A stretch of DNA of 60,870 nt from an uncultured Clostridia bacterium (GTDB taxonomy: Bacteria; Bacillota; Clostridia; TANB77; CAG-465). The notes under the pieces are model-generated. The model saw nothing but the letters and a program-made list of their open reading frames with translations. It ran no database searches and was not told where the DNA came from. Below, piece after piece: positions 28,070-38,400 of this stretch. How positions within the stretch are numbered: the first letter of the stretch is position 1; every line of letters begins with the position of its first letter. The position numbers and the translations under genes are program-made. Where the stretch lies: assembly GCA_947631415.1 (NCBI GenBank), contig CANRLG010000005.1, positions 1 through 60,870 on the forward strand, in the 5' to 3' direction.

Positions 28070-29456
28070 GATAGAAGATATAAATAGTAATATTTATGAT
28101 TTTCGTAATGAAGATGACTATGACTTCAAGATGAAAAAAGGTTTAACAGAAGAAATTGTTAAGGAAATTTCAAAAGAAAAAAATGAACCAGATTGGATGA
28201 GAGATATTAGACTTGAAGCTTTGAAAGTATATAATAAATTGGAACTTCCAACATGGGGACCAGATTTATCTGAACTTAATATGGACGAAATTTCTACTTA
28301 TGTTAGACCAAAGAGTAAGTTAAATAGTTCATGGGATGATGTGCCAGAAGATATAAAAAACACTTTTGAAAAATTAGGTATTCCAGAGGCTGAAAGAAAT
28401 TCTTTAGCAGGAGTTGGAGCACAATACGATTCAGAAGTAGTTTATCACAGTATTAAAGAGGAACTTGTTAAACAAGGTGTTATATACACAGATATGGAAA
28501 GTGCTGTAAGAGATTATCCTGAACTTGTAAAAGAACATTTTATGAAATGTGTACCAATTACTGACCATAAATTTGTTGCTTTACATGCTGCAGTATGGTC
28601 TGGTGGCTCATTTGTATATGTTCCAAAGGGAGTTCAAGTAGATATCCCATTACAATCATATTTTAGACTTAACTCACCAGAGTCTGGACAATTTGAACAT
28701 ACATTAATTATTGTAGATGAGGGAGCAAGTCTTCACTTTGTTGAGGGATGTTCTGCACCTAAATATAATAAAGTAAATTTACACGCAGGTTGTGTTGAAT
28801 TGTATGTAAAAGATAACGCATATCTTAGATATTCTACAATAGAGAATTGGTCTAAAAATATGTTAAACTTAAATACTAAAAAAGCTATTGCAGGAAAAAA
28901 TGCTAAAATAGAATGGGTATCTGGTTCATTTGGCTCTAAAAAATCTATGTTATACCCTATGAGTATCTTAAATGGTGAAGGAGCTAAAACAGAATACACA
29001 GGAATTTCATTTGCAGGAGAAGGACAAAACCTAGATACAGGATTTAAGGTAGTACATAATGCACCTAACACATCTAGTCTAGTTAATGCTAAATCTATCT
29101 CAAAAGATGGAGGAGTTTGCACATACAGAGCTCTTGTACGTGTAAATGAAAATGCTAAAAATTCAAAATGTAGTGTTTCTTGTGAATCTCTTATGTTAGA
29201 TAATATATCTCGTTCAGATACAATACCTGTAAATGATATTAGAACGGATGATGTAGAGTTCTCACACGAGGCAAAGATTGGAAAAATTAGTGATAAAACT
29301 ATTTTCTACTTAATGTCTAAAGGAATTAGTGAGGAAGATGCTAAGGCTATGATTGTTCGTGGATTTGCATCTCCTGTATCTAAAGAACTACCTATGGAAT
29401 ATGCAGTAGAAATGAATAATTTAATTAACTTAGAGTTGGAAGGAGCAATAGGATAA
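28053..29456 (+). CDS. sufB: Fe-S cluster assembly protein SufB
   Basis: conserved SufB core and C-terminal FSHEAKIGKISDKTIFYLMSKGISEEDA; ATG 28053 lies 9 nt after GGAG and overlaps the sufC end. Confidence 0.93.
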   Translation: MKKKTKIEDINSNIYDFRNEDDYDFKMKKGLTEEIVKEISKEKNEPDWMRDIRLEALKVYNKLELPTWGPDLSELNMDEISTYVRPKSKLNSSWDDVPEDIKNTFEKLGIPEAERNSLAGVGAQYDSEVVYHSIKEELVKQGVIYTDMESAVRDYPELVKEHFMKCVPITDHKFVALHAAVWSGGSFVYVPKGVQVDIPLQSYFRLNSPESGQFEHTLIIVDEGASLHFVEGCSAPKYNKVNLHAGCVELYVKDNAYLRYSTIENWSKNMLNLNTKKAIAGKNAKIEWVSGSFGSKKSMLYPMSILNGEGAKTEYTGISFAGEGQNLDTGFKVVHNAPNTSSLVNAKSISKDGGVCTYRALVRVNENAKNSKCSVSCESLMLDNISRSDTIPVNDIRTDDVEFSHEAKIGKISDKTIFYLMSKGISEEDAKAMIVRGFASPVSKELPMEYAVEMNNLINLELEGAIG

Positions 29457-30520
29457 TGGAAGATTTAATTTTAAATAATACTCCTGTAAGAACTAGTGTT
29501 AATTTTGGAATGAATAATATAGTATTAAAAGAAATACAATTACCTCAAAAAGTTAGTAAATTTAATTCTTTTAATATAGTAAATGATACAACTAATATAA
29601 CTATAAATTCTAATTCAACTTTAAAAGAAGAAAAATTTGTATATGGAGTTGGAAAAGAAATAGAGGAAATAGAAAAAAATTTAAAATTTGAAATTAACTT
29701 GGAAAAAGCTGAAGAAAAAGAAAAAGCATTTATACAATACAATTTAAGTGAAAAAGAAAATACACTTTCAAATTACGTTAAGATAGAAGCACAGGAGTAT
29801 TCAAAGGGAAATGTTATTTTAAAGTATAACTCAGAAGATGATGTAAAACATATAGCAATGAGTAATATAAAAGTAGATGCTAAAGCAAATTCTGATAGTC
29901 AATTAGTTGTATTAAATATGTTAAATTCTAATTCTTTGAATTTTATGTCTATTGAAGCTAATATTGAAGAAAATGCTAAATTAAATGTAGTAATAATAGA
30001 CTTTGGTGGACAAAAGAGTATATCAAATTACTATTCAAATTTAGTTGGGAAAAATAGTATTAATCAATTAGATACTATATATCTTGGAGATAATGATAGA
30101 TTAATAGATATGAACTATATTTCTCATTTGCGTGGAGAAAAATCTGATACAAATATAGAGGTACAAGGTGCATTAAAAGACAGAGCAGTAAAGAACTTTA
30201 AAGGAACAATAGATTTTAAACAAGGTTGTACAAAATCTAAAGGAAATGAAAATGAGTTTTGTATGCTTTTATCTGAAAATGCAAAATCTAAGGCATTACC
30301 AATGCTTTTATGTACCGAAGAAGATGTAGAGGGAAATCACTCTACTGCATCTGGAAAAGTAGATAAAAGTGAACTATTCTATTTAATGAGTAGAGGAATA
30401 TCTCAAAAAGAGGCAATGAAGCTAATTGTTAGAGCAAAATTTACTCCAATAATAGAAAAGATTGAAGATGAGGATGTTAAAAAAGAAATATTAGATAAAA
30501 TTGATGAAAAGTTAAATTAA
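29456..30520 (+). CDS. sufD: Fe-S cluster assembly protein SufD
   Basis: C-terminal GNHSTASGKVDKSELFYLMSRGISQKEA paralogous to SufB; 1-nt overlap with sufB. Confidence 0.85.
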   Translation: MEDLILNNTPVRTSVNFGMNNIVLKEIQLPQKVSKFNSFNIVNDTTNITINSNSTLKEEKFVYGVGKEIEEIEKNLKFEINLEKAEEKEKAFIQYNLSEKENTLSNYVKIEAQEYSKGNVILKYNSEDDVKHIAMSNIKVDAKANSDSQLVVLNMLNSNSLNFMSIEANIEENAKLNVVIIDFGGQKSISNYYSNLVGKNSINQLDTIYLGDNDRLIDMNYISHLRGEKSDTNIEVQGALKDRAVKNFKGTIDFKQGCTKSKGNENEFCMLLSENAKSKALPMLLCTEEDVEGNHSTASGKVDKSELFYLMSRGISQKEAMKLIVRAKFTPIIEKIEDEDVKKEILDKIDEKLN

Positions 30521-30532
30521 GGAGTTTTTAGT

Positions 30533-31249
30533 ATGGAGTTTGTTAGATTACCACTTGAAGGTGCTAACAATGCTAGAGAACTTGGAGGCTATCCAACACT
30601 TGATGGAAAAGTTACACGTTTTAAAGTATTTGTTAGGGCAAATAGATTAAAAAATATAACCAAGAAAGATAATGAATTTCTAAAAAAATATGGTATAACA
30701 GATATACTAGATTTTAGAGGAAATACCAAAATCCAAAATGATTTTGTAAGTGATGATAATATAGACTTAGATTATTTTAATTATCATTATATTCCATTAT
30801 CTAATGTAGAAACTGAGGAGTATATTGAAAAATATGCACTTGATGACTCTTTTGATTTTGGAGAAGGATATTATTTATTACTAAGTAATAAAGACAAAAT
30901 TGCAAAAGTATTTAAAACTATTGCAAATGCAAAAGGAGGAGTTCTATATCATTGTACTGCAGGTAAAGATAGGACAGGTGTTATTACAGCATTATTACTT
31001 GGAATGTGTAATGTATCAGATAAAGACATTATAGCAAACTATCAGACAACATACACATATATAAAAGATGATGAATTAATGAATTCATATAGTCCTTATA
31101 TTAGAGTATCAAAAGCAAAATTTATGGATACATTTATTAAGAGATTAAAAGAGAATTATGGAACTTATGAAAATTACATACTATCTTGTGGCGTTTCAAA
31201 AGAAGAAATTGAAAAGATTAAAGATAGATTTTTAGAAGAATATATATAA
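30533..31249 (+). CDS. protein-tyrosine phosphatase-like protein (CX5R, Y_phosphatase3 type)
   Basis: active-site loop HCTAGKDRTG; 238 aa; sits between sufD and sufS. Confidence 0.7.
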   Translation: MEFVRLPLEGANNARELGGYPTLDGKVTRFKVFVRANRLKNITKKDNEFLKKYGITDILDFRGNTKIQNDFVSDDNIDLDYFNYHYIPLSNVETEEYIEKYALDDSFDFGEGYYLLLSNKDKIAKVFKTIANAKGGVLYHCTAGKDRTGVITALLLGMCNVSDKDIIANYQTTYTYIKDDELMNSYSPYIRVSKAKFMDTFIKRLKENYGTYENYILSCGVSKEEIEKIKDRFLEEYI

Positions 31250-31266
31250 TGGAGGTATTTTAGATT

Positions 31267-32490
31267 ATGACAGCAGAAGAAATTAAAAAAGATTTTCCTA
31301 TTTTTAATAATAGAGATATTGTATATTTAGATAGTGGTGCAACTTCACAAAAACCACAAGAGGTTCTTGATGCACTAAATAAATTTTATACAGTTAATAA
31401 TGCAAATCCACATAGAGGAGCTTACACTCTTAGTATGGATGCAACTAATGAATATGAGAATACTCGTAAAAAAATTGCTAAGTTTATAAACGCAAAATCA
31501 CCAGAAGAAATAATATTTTCAAAAAATGCTTCTGAATCTTTAAATTTAGTTGCGTATTCTTATGGAATGGATAATGTAAAAGAAAATGATGAAATAGTTA
31601 TCTCTATTATGGAACACCATTCAAATCTTGTTCCTTGGCAAAAAGTAGCTAAAACTAAGGGTGCTACATTAAAATATATGTACATAAATGATGAATTTGA
31701 ACTTACAGATGAGGAAATAGAAACAAAAATTACAGATAAAACTAAAATTGTAGGTATTACTCATGTTTCAAATGTACTAGGTACAGTAAATAATATAAAG
31801 AAAATAATAGATTATGCACATAAAAAAGGAGCTGTAGTCCTAGTAGATGCATCTCAAAGCATACCTCATTTTAAAATAGATGTACAAGAACTTAATGCAG
31901 ACTTTTTAGTATTTTCTGGTCATAAGATGATGTCTCCTCTTGGAATAGGCGTACTATATGGTAAAAGAGAAATATTAAATAAAATGTCTCCTTTCTTAAT
32001 GGGTGGAGATATGATAGAGTATGTGTATGAACAAGATACCACTTTTGCACCACTTCCAAATAAATTTGAGGCTGGTACTCAAAATGTTGGTGGAGTTGTT
32101 GCACTTGGTGCAGCAATAGATTATATAGAAAAAATAGGCTATGATACAATTCAAAAAATTGAAGATGAAGTTGTAGAATATGCTCTTGAAAAGTTAAGAA
32201 AATTAGATTACTTAACATTATATGTAACTCCAAATAGTAAAAATCATCAAGGAGTTATATCATTTAACTTAAATGGTGTACATCCACATGATGTAGCTAC
32301 TGTATTAGATAGTTACGGAGTATGTGTAAGAAGTGGAAATCATTGCGCACAACCACTTCTAAGATATTTAGGTATAGATTCTACTTGTAGAGCAAGTTTT
32401 TATATATACAATACTAAAGAAGATGCAGATAGACTTGTTCAAGCTATAGAAAAGGCACATCAAATGTTTGAAAAATACATTAATAAATAG
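31267..32490 (+). CDS. sufS: cysteine desulfurase SufS
   Basis: PLP-lysine FSGHKM, catalytic loop RSGNHCAQP. Confidence 0.95.
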   Translation: MTAEEIKKDFPIFNNRDIVYLDSGATSQKPQEVLDALNKFYTVNNANPHRGAYTLSMDATNEYENTRKKIAKFINAKSPEEIIFSKNASESLNLVAYSYGMDNVKENDEIVISIMEHHSNLVPWQKVAKTKGATLKYMYINDEFELTDEEIETKITDKTKIVGITHVSNVLGTVNNIKKIIDYAHKKGAVVLVDASQSIPHFKIDVQELNADFLVFSGHKMMSPLGIGVLYGKREILNKMSPFLMGGDMIEYVYEQDTTFAPLPNKFEAGTQNVGGVVALGAAIDYIEKIGYDTIQKIEDEVVEYALEKLRKLDYLTLYVTPNSKNHQGVISFNLNGVHPHDVATVLDSYGVCVRSGNHCAQPLLRYLGIDSTCRASFYIYNTKEDADRLVQAIEKAHQMFEKYINK

Positions 32491-32510
32491 AGAAAGAGAG
32501 AGTTAGTTTA

Positions 32511-32978
32511 ATGAACGATTTAGATGATGTATATAATGATTTAATTATGGAACATAGCATGAATTCGTATAATAAAAAAGAATTAGAAGATGCAGATTAT
32601 TGTCAAATGGGACATAACCCTAATTGTGGAGATGAAATTAAACTTGAATTGAAACTTAATGGGGATATTATAGAGGATATGGCTTTTACAGGACATGGTT
32701 GTGCTATATCTCAAGCATCAACTTCAATTATGATAGATACACTTCGTGGAAAAACAATTAAAGAGGCAAAAGAAATAATAGCTACATTTATTGCTATGAT
32801 TAAACGTGAGATTAAGGATGAAAAGGAATTAGAAAAATTAGAAGATGCAATAGCATTTAAAAATGTTTCTAATATGCCTGCACGTGTAAAATGCGCATTA
32901 CTTGCATGGCATACTATTGAAAAGATGATAGAAGAAAGGGAGAGTAGTGGCAAATCTAAGATAGATTGTTGCCATTAA
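32511..32978 (+). CDS. sufU: Fe-S scaffold / sulfur acceptor SufU
   Basis: NPNCGDE, GHGCAISQAS and C-terminal Cys (VKCALLAW). Confidence 0.9.
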   Translation: MNDLDDVYNDLIMEHSMNSYNKKELEDADYCQMGHNPNCGDEIKLELKLNGDIIEDMAFTGHGCAISQASTSIMIDTLRGKTIKEAKEIIATFIAMIKREIKDEKELEKLEDAIAFKNVSNMPARVKCALLAWHTIEKMIEERESSGKSKIDCCH

Positions 32979-32989
32979 TAAAAAAGTTT

Positions 32990-34048
32990 ATGGAAGATAA
33001 AAAAGTATTACTTGGAATGAGTGGTGGAGTAGATAGTAGTGTATCTGCTTTGCTTTTAAAACAACAAGGCTACGAAGTTATAGGAACAACACTTGAACTT
33101 TTTGCAGGAAGTAGTTGCTGTAATATTAATACATATATGGATGCTAAAAATGTATGTAATCAGATAGGGATACCACATTTTACTTTAGACTATAAAAAAG
33201 AGTTTAGAAAATATGTTATAGATGATTTCATAGAGTGCTATTCTAATTGTAAAACACCAAATCCTTGTATTGAATGTAATAAATATATGAAGTTTGGAAT
33301 AATGTATGATGAAGCAAAAAGGATGGGATGCAATTATATTGCAACTGGTCATTATGCTAAAACAGAGTATAGTGAAAAATACAATAAATGGGTGCTAAAG
33401 AAATCTAATGCAGGAAGTAAAGATCAAAGCTATGTACTATGGAATATTCCAAAAGATTTAATAGAACATGTTATATTTCCACTTGGAAATTTTGACTCAA
33501 AAGATGAAATAAGGAAAATAGCTAAAGAGGCAAATTTAAAGGTTGCAAATAAACCTGATAGCGAAGATATTTGTTTTGTTCCTGATGGAGATTATAAAAG
33601 ATTTCTTGAAACAAATTCTACATTAAAACCAAAAAGAGGAAATATAGTTACTACAAAAGGAGAAATACTTGGTACTCATACAGGACTATATAAATATACC
33701 ATAGGACAAAGGAGAGGACTAGGAATATCATACAAAGAACCTCTATTTGTAATTGGATTTAATAAGAATAAAAATGAGGTTATTGTTGGAACTCATGATA
33801 AACTGTTTTCAAAAGAGATAATGGTCGAAGATATTAATTTACTTCTTTTTGATGAAATAACAGAGCCTCTTGAAGTGGAAGTTAAAACAAGATATACATC
33901 AAAAATGGCAAAAGCTAAAATAGTTCAAATAGAAGATAAGATTAAGATTATTTTTGATGAACCTCAAAGAGCAATTACACCTGGACAATCTGCTGTATTT
34001 TATTTAGATGATATAGTAGTTGGTGGAGGTAAAATAATTAGTAAATAA
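32990..34048 (+). CDS. mnmA: tRNA 2-thiouridine(34) synthase MnmA
   Basis: PP-loop GMSGGVDSSV, catalytic cysteines, C-terminal barrel; start set at ATG 32990 rather than TTG 32966. Confidence 0.93.
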   Translation: MEDKKVLLGMSGGVDSSVSALLLKQQGYEVIGTTLELFAGSSCCNINTYMDAKNVCNQIGIPHFTLDYKKEFRKYVIDDFIECYSNCKTPNPCIECNKYMKFGIMYDEAKRMGCNYIATGHYAKTEYSEKYNKWVLKKSNAGSKDQSYVLWNIPKDLIEHVIFPLGNFDSKDEIRKIAKEANLKVANKPDSEDICFVPDGDYKRFLETNSTLKPKRGNIVTTKGEILGTHTGLYKYTIGQRRGLGISYKEPLFVIGFNKNKNEVIVGTHDKLFSKEIMVEDINLLLFDEITEPLEVEVKTRYTSKMAKAKIVQIEDKIKIIFDEPQRAITPGQSAVFYLDDIVVGGGKIISK

Positions 34049-34066
34049 ATTTTTGAAATTTAAAAG

Positions 34067-34096
34067 GTACTAATATTATTTATTAGTGCTTTTTTT
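34067..34096 (+). terminator. intrinsic terminator closing the suf-mnmA operon
   Basis: 9-bp stem GTACTAATA/TATTAGTGC (one G-U), followed by T7. Confidence 0.75.
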
Positions 34097-34158
34097 CATT
34101 CAATAAAACTTGTTTAATTTATACATAAATGTTAATATAGAATAAAAGAGGTTAAATT

Positions 34159-35181
34159 ATGATTAAAAGTTGTATATTATTAGTAGTATTAATGTTTCTA
34201 AATGGACTGTTTTCTGCTTGTGAGATGGCTTTTGTCTCAATTAATAAAACAGAATTAGAAGAAGATGTAAAAAAAGGTAGTAAAAAAGCTAAGAAAATAA
34301 AAAAATTACTTGGAAATTCAAGTTCGTTTCTAGCTACAATACAGATTTGTATAACTCTTGCAGGATTTCTTGCTAGTGCCTTTGCAGCAGAAACCTTTGC
34401 ACAAGATTTATATGTAAAAATTGCACCTTTTGTAAGTATACCAGATAAAATACTGGAAAATGGATTAATTGTTTTTGTAACACTAATACTTTCATATTTT
34501 ACATTGGTATTTTCAGAACTATTTCCTAAAAAGATTGCACTTGCATCTCCTATGACTGTTGCTAGATTAACAGTAAATATTGTAGATTTCTTTCAAATTT
34601 TGTTTTACCCTATTGTTGTATTACTTACATTTTCAACTAATTTAATTTGTAAAATATTTAGAATTAAAATTCAGAGTGAAGATAAGATAACTGAAAAAGA
34701 GATTATTTCAATTATTAGTAAAGGAAAGCAAGAGGGAATAATTGAAAGCACAGAGGGAGAAATGCTACTTAATATTTTCAAGTTTGATGATAAAAAAGTA
34801 GAAGATGTAATGACAATAAGAGAAAAAATGATAGCAGTAGATACATATATTAGTGAAAAGGCATTACTTCATGTTATTCGTGAATGTAAATATTCTAGAA
34901 TTCCAGTATATGAAGAAAAACTAGATAATATTGTAGGAATACTTAATACAAAAGATTTAATCTTACAGTATAGTAAAGAGGCTAAGTTTGATATTAAAAA
35001 TCTTATCCGACCTGTAGTATTTGTACAAACAGATGAAATAGTAGATGATGTATTTAAAATGATGCAAGAAAAAAATATTGGAATGGTTATTGTTAGAAAG
35101 AAAGATAGAACTGCAGGACTTCTTACATTAGAAGATGCAATGGAAGAAATATTTGGAAATATATCAGATGAGTATAATTAA
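34159..35181 (+). CDS. CNNM/DUF21 plus tandem-CBS membrane protein (hemolysin-family), lacking the CorC_HlyC C-terminal domain
   Basis: N-terminal NGLFSACEMAFVS DUF21 pattern with 4 TM, then a CBS pair; the ORF ends right after the CBS pair at 340 aa. Confidence 0.75.
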   Translation: MIKSCILLVVLMFLNGLFSACEMAFVSINKTELEEDVKKGSKKAKKIKKLLGNSSSFLATIQICITLAGFLASAFAAETFAQDLYVKIAPFVSIPDKILENGLIVFVTLILSYFTLVFSELFPKKIALASPMTVARLTVNIVDFFQILFYPIVVLLTFSTNLICKIFRIKIQSEDKITEKEIISIISKGKQEGIIESTEGEMLLNIFKFDDKKVEDVMTIREKMIAVDTYISEKALLHVIRECKYSRIPVYEEKLDNIVGILNTKDLILQYSKEAKFDIKNLIRPVVFVQTDEIVDDVFKMMQEKNIGMVIVRKKDRTAGLLTLEDAMEEIFGNISDEYN

Positions 35182-35442
35182 TAGCGAGATTAATGTGAAG
35201 TTTTTGCCATATATAAATGGTTTACAAAAGTATTGTAATAATAATGAAATATTAGTAACCAAATTATGAAAAAAAAATGGCAAAAAATAAACAATTATTT
35301 AATAATTCATAAAAAATGAAAGATAAAATCTAAAAAAAATGACTAATTATTTTATTTGTTATATAATCATGTTATATAGAAAATAGACCTAATCTAAGAC
35401 ATAATTTTATGTGTTGGCAAAGGAAATATATGGGGGGAGTAT

Positions 35443-38400
35443 ATGAAAAAAGCTAAATTATTTACAGTAATAGCATTGATGTTTATGTGCATTGCTATGT
35501 TTGGAACAGCCGAAGTACAAGCAAGAACCTTTTCTTATGGTAAGGGTTCAAGCACCAATTTATATGAATCTACTGGTGCTGGTGGAGACACAGACCATTC
35601 ATATTATAACTACTTTCTTGATGGTGAGAAAGTATGGTGTGTTGAGGCCGGAGTTAAGATAAAAAATAGTGCAAACTATACTGAATCACAGGTATGGGGT
35701 GGTACAGCAGCAATAAGCTATGTTATGTTTATGTACTATGATGGAAAGATTAGTGACCAGCTTTCACAGGCTGCTGTTTGGCAGATGATGCAAAGTATTA
35801 ATGGTTCTCATCTTACTAGTGGTAACATAGGTAGAGTTTATGAAGTAATTACAGAAGCAGAAAATTATGTTGCAAATCAAAACGCACAATCTGGTTCTAT
35901 TCAACCAAGTAGTGGAAATTTATATTTTGATGCAGGAAGTAATACATATAGAATGGACTTTACAGCATCTAGTATGCCATCAACATCTGCAGGAAGGATA
36001 CAAGATAATGGTGGTGGAAGCTATACATTAATTGTTGATGCTAATACTGTTAACTCAGATATGGATATAAGTCTAAGTTCATCTGGTTCAGGATGGATTT
36101 ATAAAGATATGACAGTATGGATTTGTGGTTCATGGCAAAAACTTGCTACTCCAAATCGTGAAGCAGCTGGAAATGCAGGTGCAACATATCATCTAGAAGC
36201 ACTTGGAAGTTTAAAAGTCAGAAAAACAGATGAATTCGGAGAGGGAGTAGCTAGTGCTACATTCTCAGTAACAGGACCTTCAGGAACAAATACATTAACA
36301 ACAGGTGATGATGGTTGGGCATATTGGGACAATATAATAGTAGGAGATTATACAGTAACTGAGACTAGTGTTCCATCTGGACTTTCTAAAAAGCCAAATC
36401 CACAAACAAAACATGTTGGAAGTGGACAAGTTGGTGTAGCAGAATTCTTATATGTAAATGGATATCAAAGAGGTTCAGCACAACTTGTAAAATATGATGA
36501 TGCAGCAAGAACATTTAATATTCGTAAAACATTAGGTGATGCTGTATTAAAAGATGCTGTATATAATCTTTATGCGGCAACAGATATATACGAAGGAAAA
36601 AGACTTCGTTATAGTGCAGGAGAAATAGTAAGGTCAAATTTACATACAGATGTAAATGGTATAACACCAGAGGTCAAAGATTTGCCTATTGGTTCATACT
36701 ACTATGAAGAAGTAACACCATCTGTAGGTTTTGACATTAATAGAGAGAGAGTATATTTATCTATTGGGGCAAACTCTGATCCTGAAGCAACAGAGGCAGG
36801 AAAAGTTGGTGTTGAACATCCAGAAAAACCTCAATGGTATAAAATAGTAATAAATAAAAGATTACAAGAGACAGATTATGATGATGAAGCAAATTTAGCT
36901 TTAAAAGATAATTATCATGACTTTAAAGGAGCTCAATTTAAACTTACATTAAAATCTGATCCAACACAAGTATATTACACACATGGAACTACTGTAAAAG
37001 ATCCAAGTGGAACAACTCCAGAAGAAAAATATGAACCTTTATCTGGAGTAGACGGAATTTGTGAAGCAGAAAATATTCCTTATGGTGTATATACAGTTGA
37101 AGAAGTGCAATGGCCAACTATTGTTTATCAACCAGTACCAAACTTTGATGTAGACTTTAGAGATGACTCTCCTGATGTAACAGATAAAGGAAATAGAGTA
37201 GCTGAATTCATAAATAATAGAAGAATGGTTAATGACTCAAAGAAAGTAACAGTACAAGTAAATAAAAAATTAGTATTGGAAAAATTTGAAGCACCAGATG
37301 GAAGCATAACAGAAGAAGATTCTGATGCAAAGTTAAAAGGTGCAGTATTTGGATTATTTAGAGATACACAAGCAGATAATGGTGGAGAATGTGCATCATG
37401 TCCTATATGTAGAGCTAATATAGAAAAAATGTCACATTATACAGATTATCTTCCACCAGAAGATAAAGACCCAATAAATTACACATTAGATGATTTAAAA
37501 AGATATATTGGATATCAAGAATGTCCAAATTGTGATAACTTTGTAGACTTTATAGGACCTACAAATACTGAGGGATTTGCAGAACTTCAAGGATATGTAT
37601 GGGCAGGAACTTATTACTTAAAAGAAATAGCATTCCCAGAAGGTGTTGATCCTGATGCTACAGTAATAGACCCAGAAAGTACAACATTCTATGATGAAAA
37701 AGACAATAAAAATCCAAATAAAAACTTTTGGTTTGTTGATAAGGGAGAAGCAGTTGAAGAATCTGGTGTTAAGTACAGAGATAAGATATATACATTAGTA
37801 ATGCCTCCTGAAGATCAAGAAGATGAGCATAGAACATACTCATATGATTTATTAAATCGTCCAAAGAGAAATAGAATTGAAATTAAAAAGATGCTTGAAG
37901 GTGCATCAAATACAGAAAGACATGAATTTGAAAACTGTATTTTTACAGCATATTTGAAATCTTCTATTGGAACTGATCATGAATTTTCAAGAGAAGTTGA
38001 AGACCCTACAGATACAGCTGGTTGGGCAACAATATTAGACTTACCTTATGGTGAATATATAGTTAAAGAAACTTATCATCCACCAATTTCATTACAATGT
38101 TCAGACTTTACAATATTTATAGAAGAAGATATAAAGGAACATCCACAACCTTATGTACCAACTGATGGTGTATTCTCACAAATGGAACAAGTTATAGATA
38201 CACCAACAGGAGCAATAGTTGACCCTATCAAAAAAATGAAAATAAAGATTAGAAAAGTTGATGCTGAAAGAAGAGAAGATTATAACAAAGATTATACTTC
38301 TGGTGATGCATCTCTTGAAGGAGCAAGATATGGAGTTTATGGACTAGATGAAGATAACAACTTCACTAAGTATGTAGGTGAAATAGTTATAGATCAAAAA

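Noticed and set aside
28733-29122. 129-aa minus-strand ORF inside sufB, and the similar 113-aa ORF 31892-32233 inside sufS
   Set aside because: They are antisense to highly conserved suf genes and show no start context or recognisable motifs.
824-32989. N-terminal extensions in the ORF track (GTG 824 ackA, GTG 15943 recG, TTG 24961 thyX, 25840 SPFH, TTG 28023 sufB, TTG 32966 mnmA, and similarly 6009, 15345, 20984, 47294, 50336)
   Set aside because: In each case an internal ATG with a proper GGAGG-type Shine-Dalgarno 6-10 nt upstream gives the canonical family N-terminus. The longer forms add non-conserved residues or overlap upstream genes.
35201-35286. Perfect 10-bp inverted repeat TTTTTGCCAT ... 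ATGGCAAAAA spaced by 66 bp upstream of the giant adhesin gene, considered as a possible invertible promoter switch
   Set aside because: The repeat is short and AT-rich. The enclosed 66 bp has no convincing promoter, and no recombinase or invertase gene is in the window. It is compatible with chance or a simple operator.
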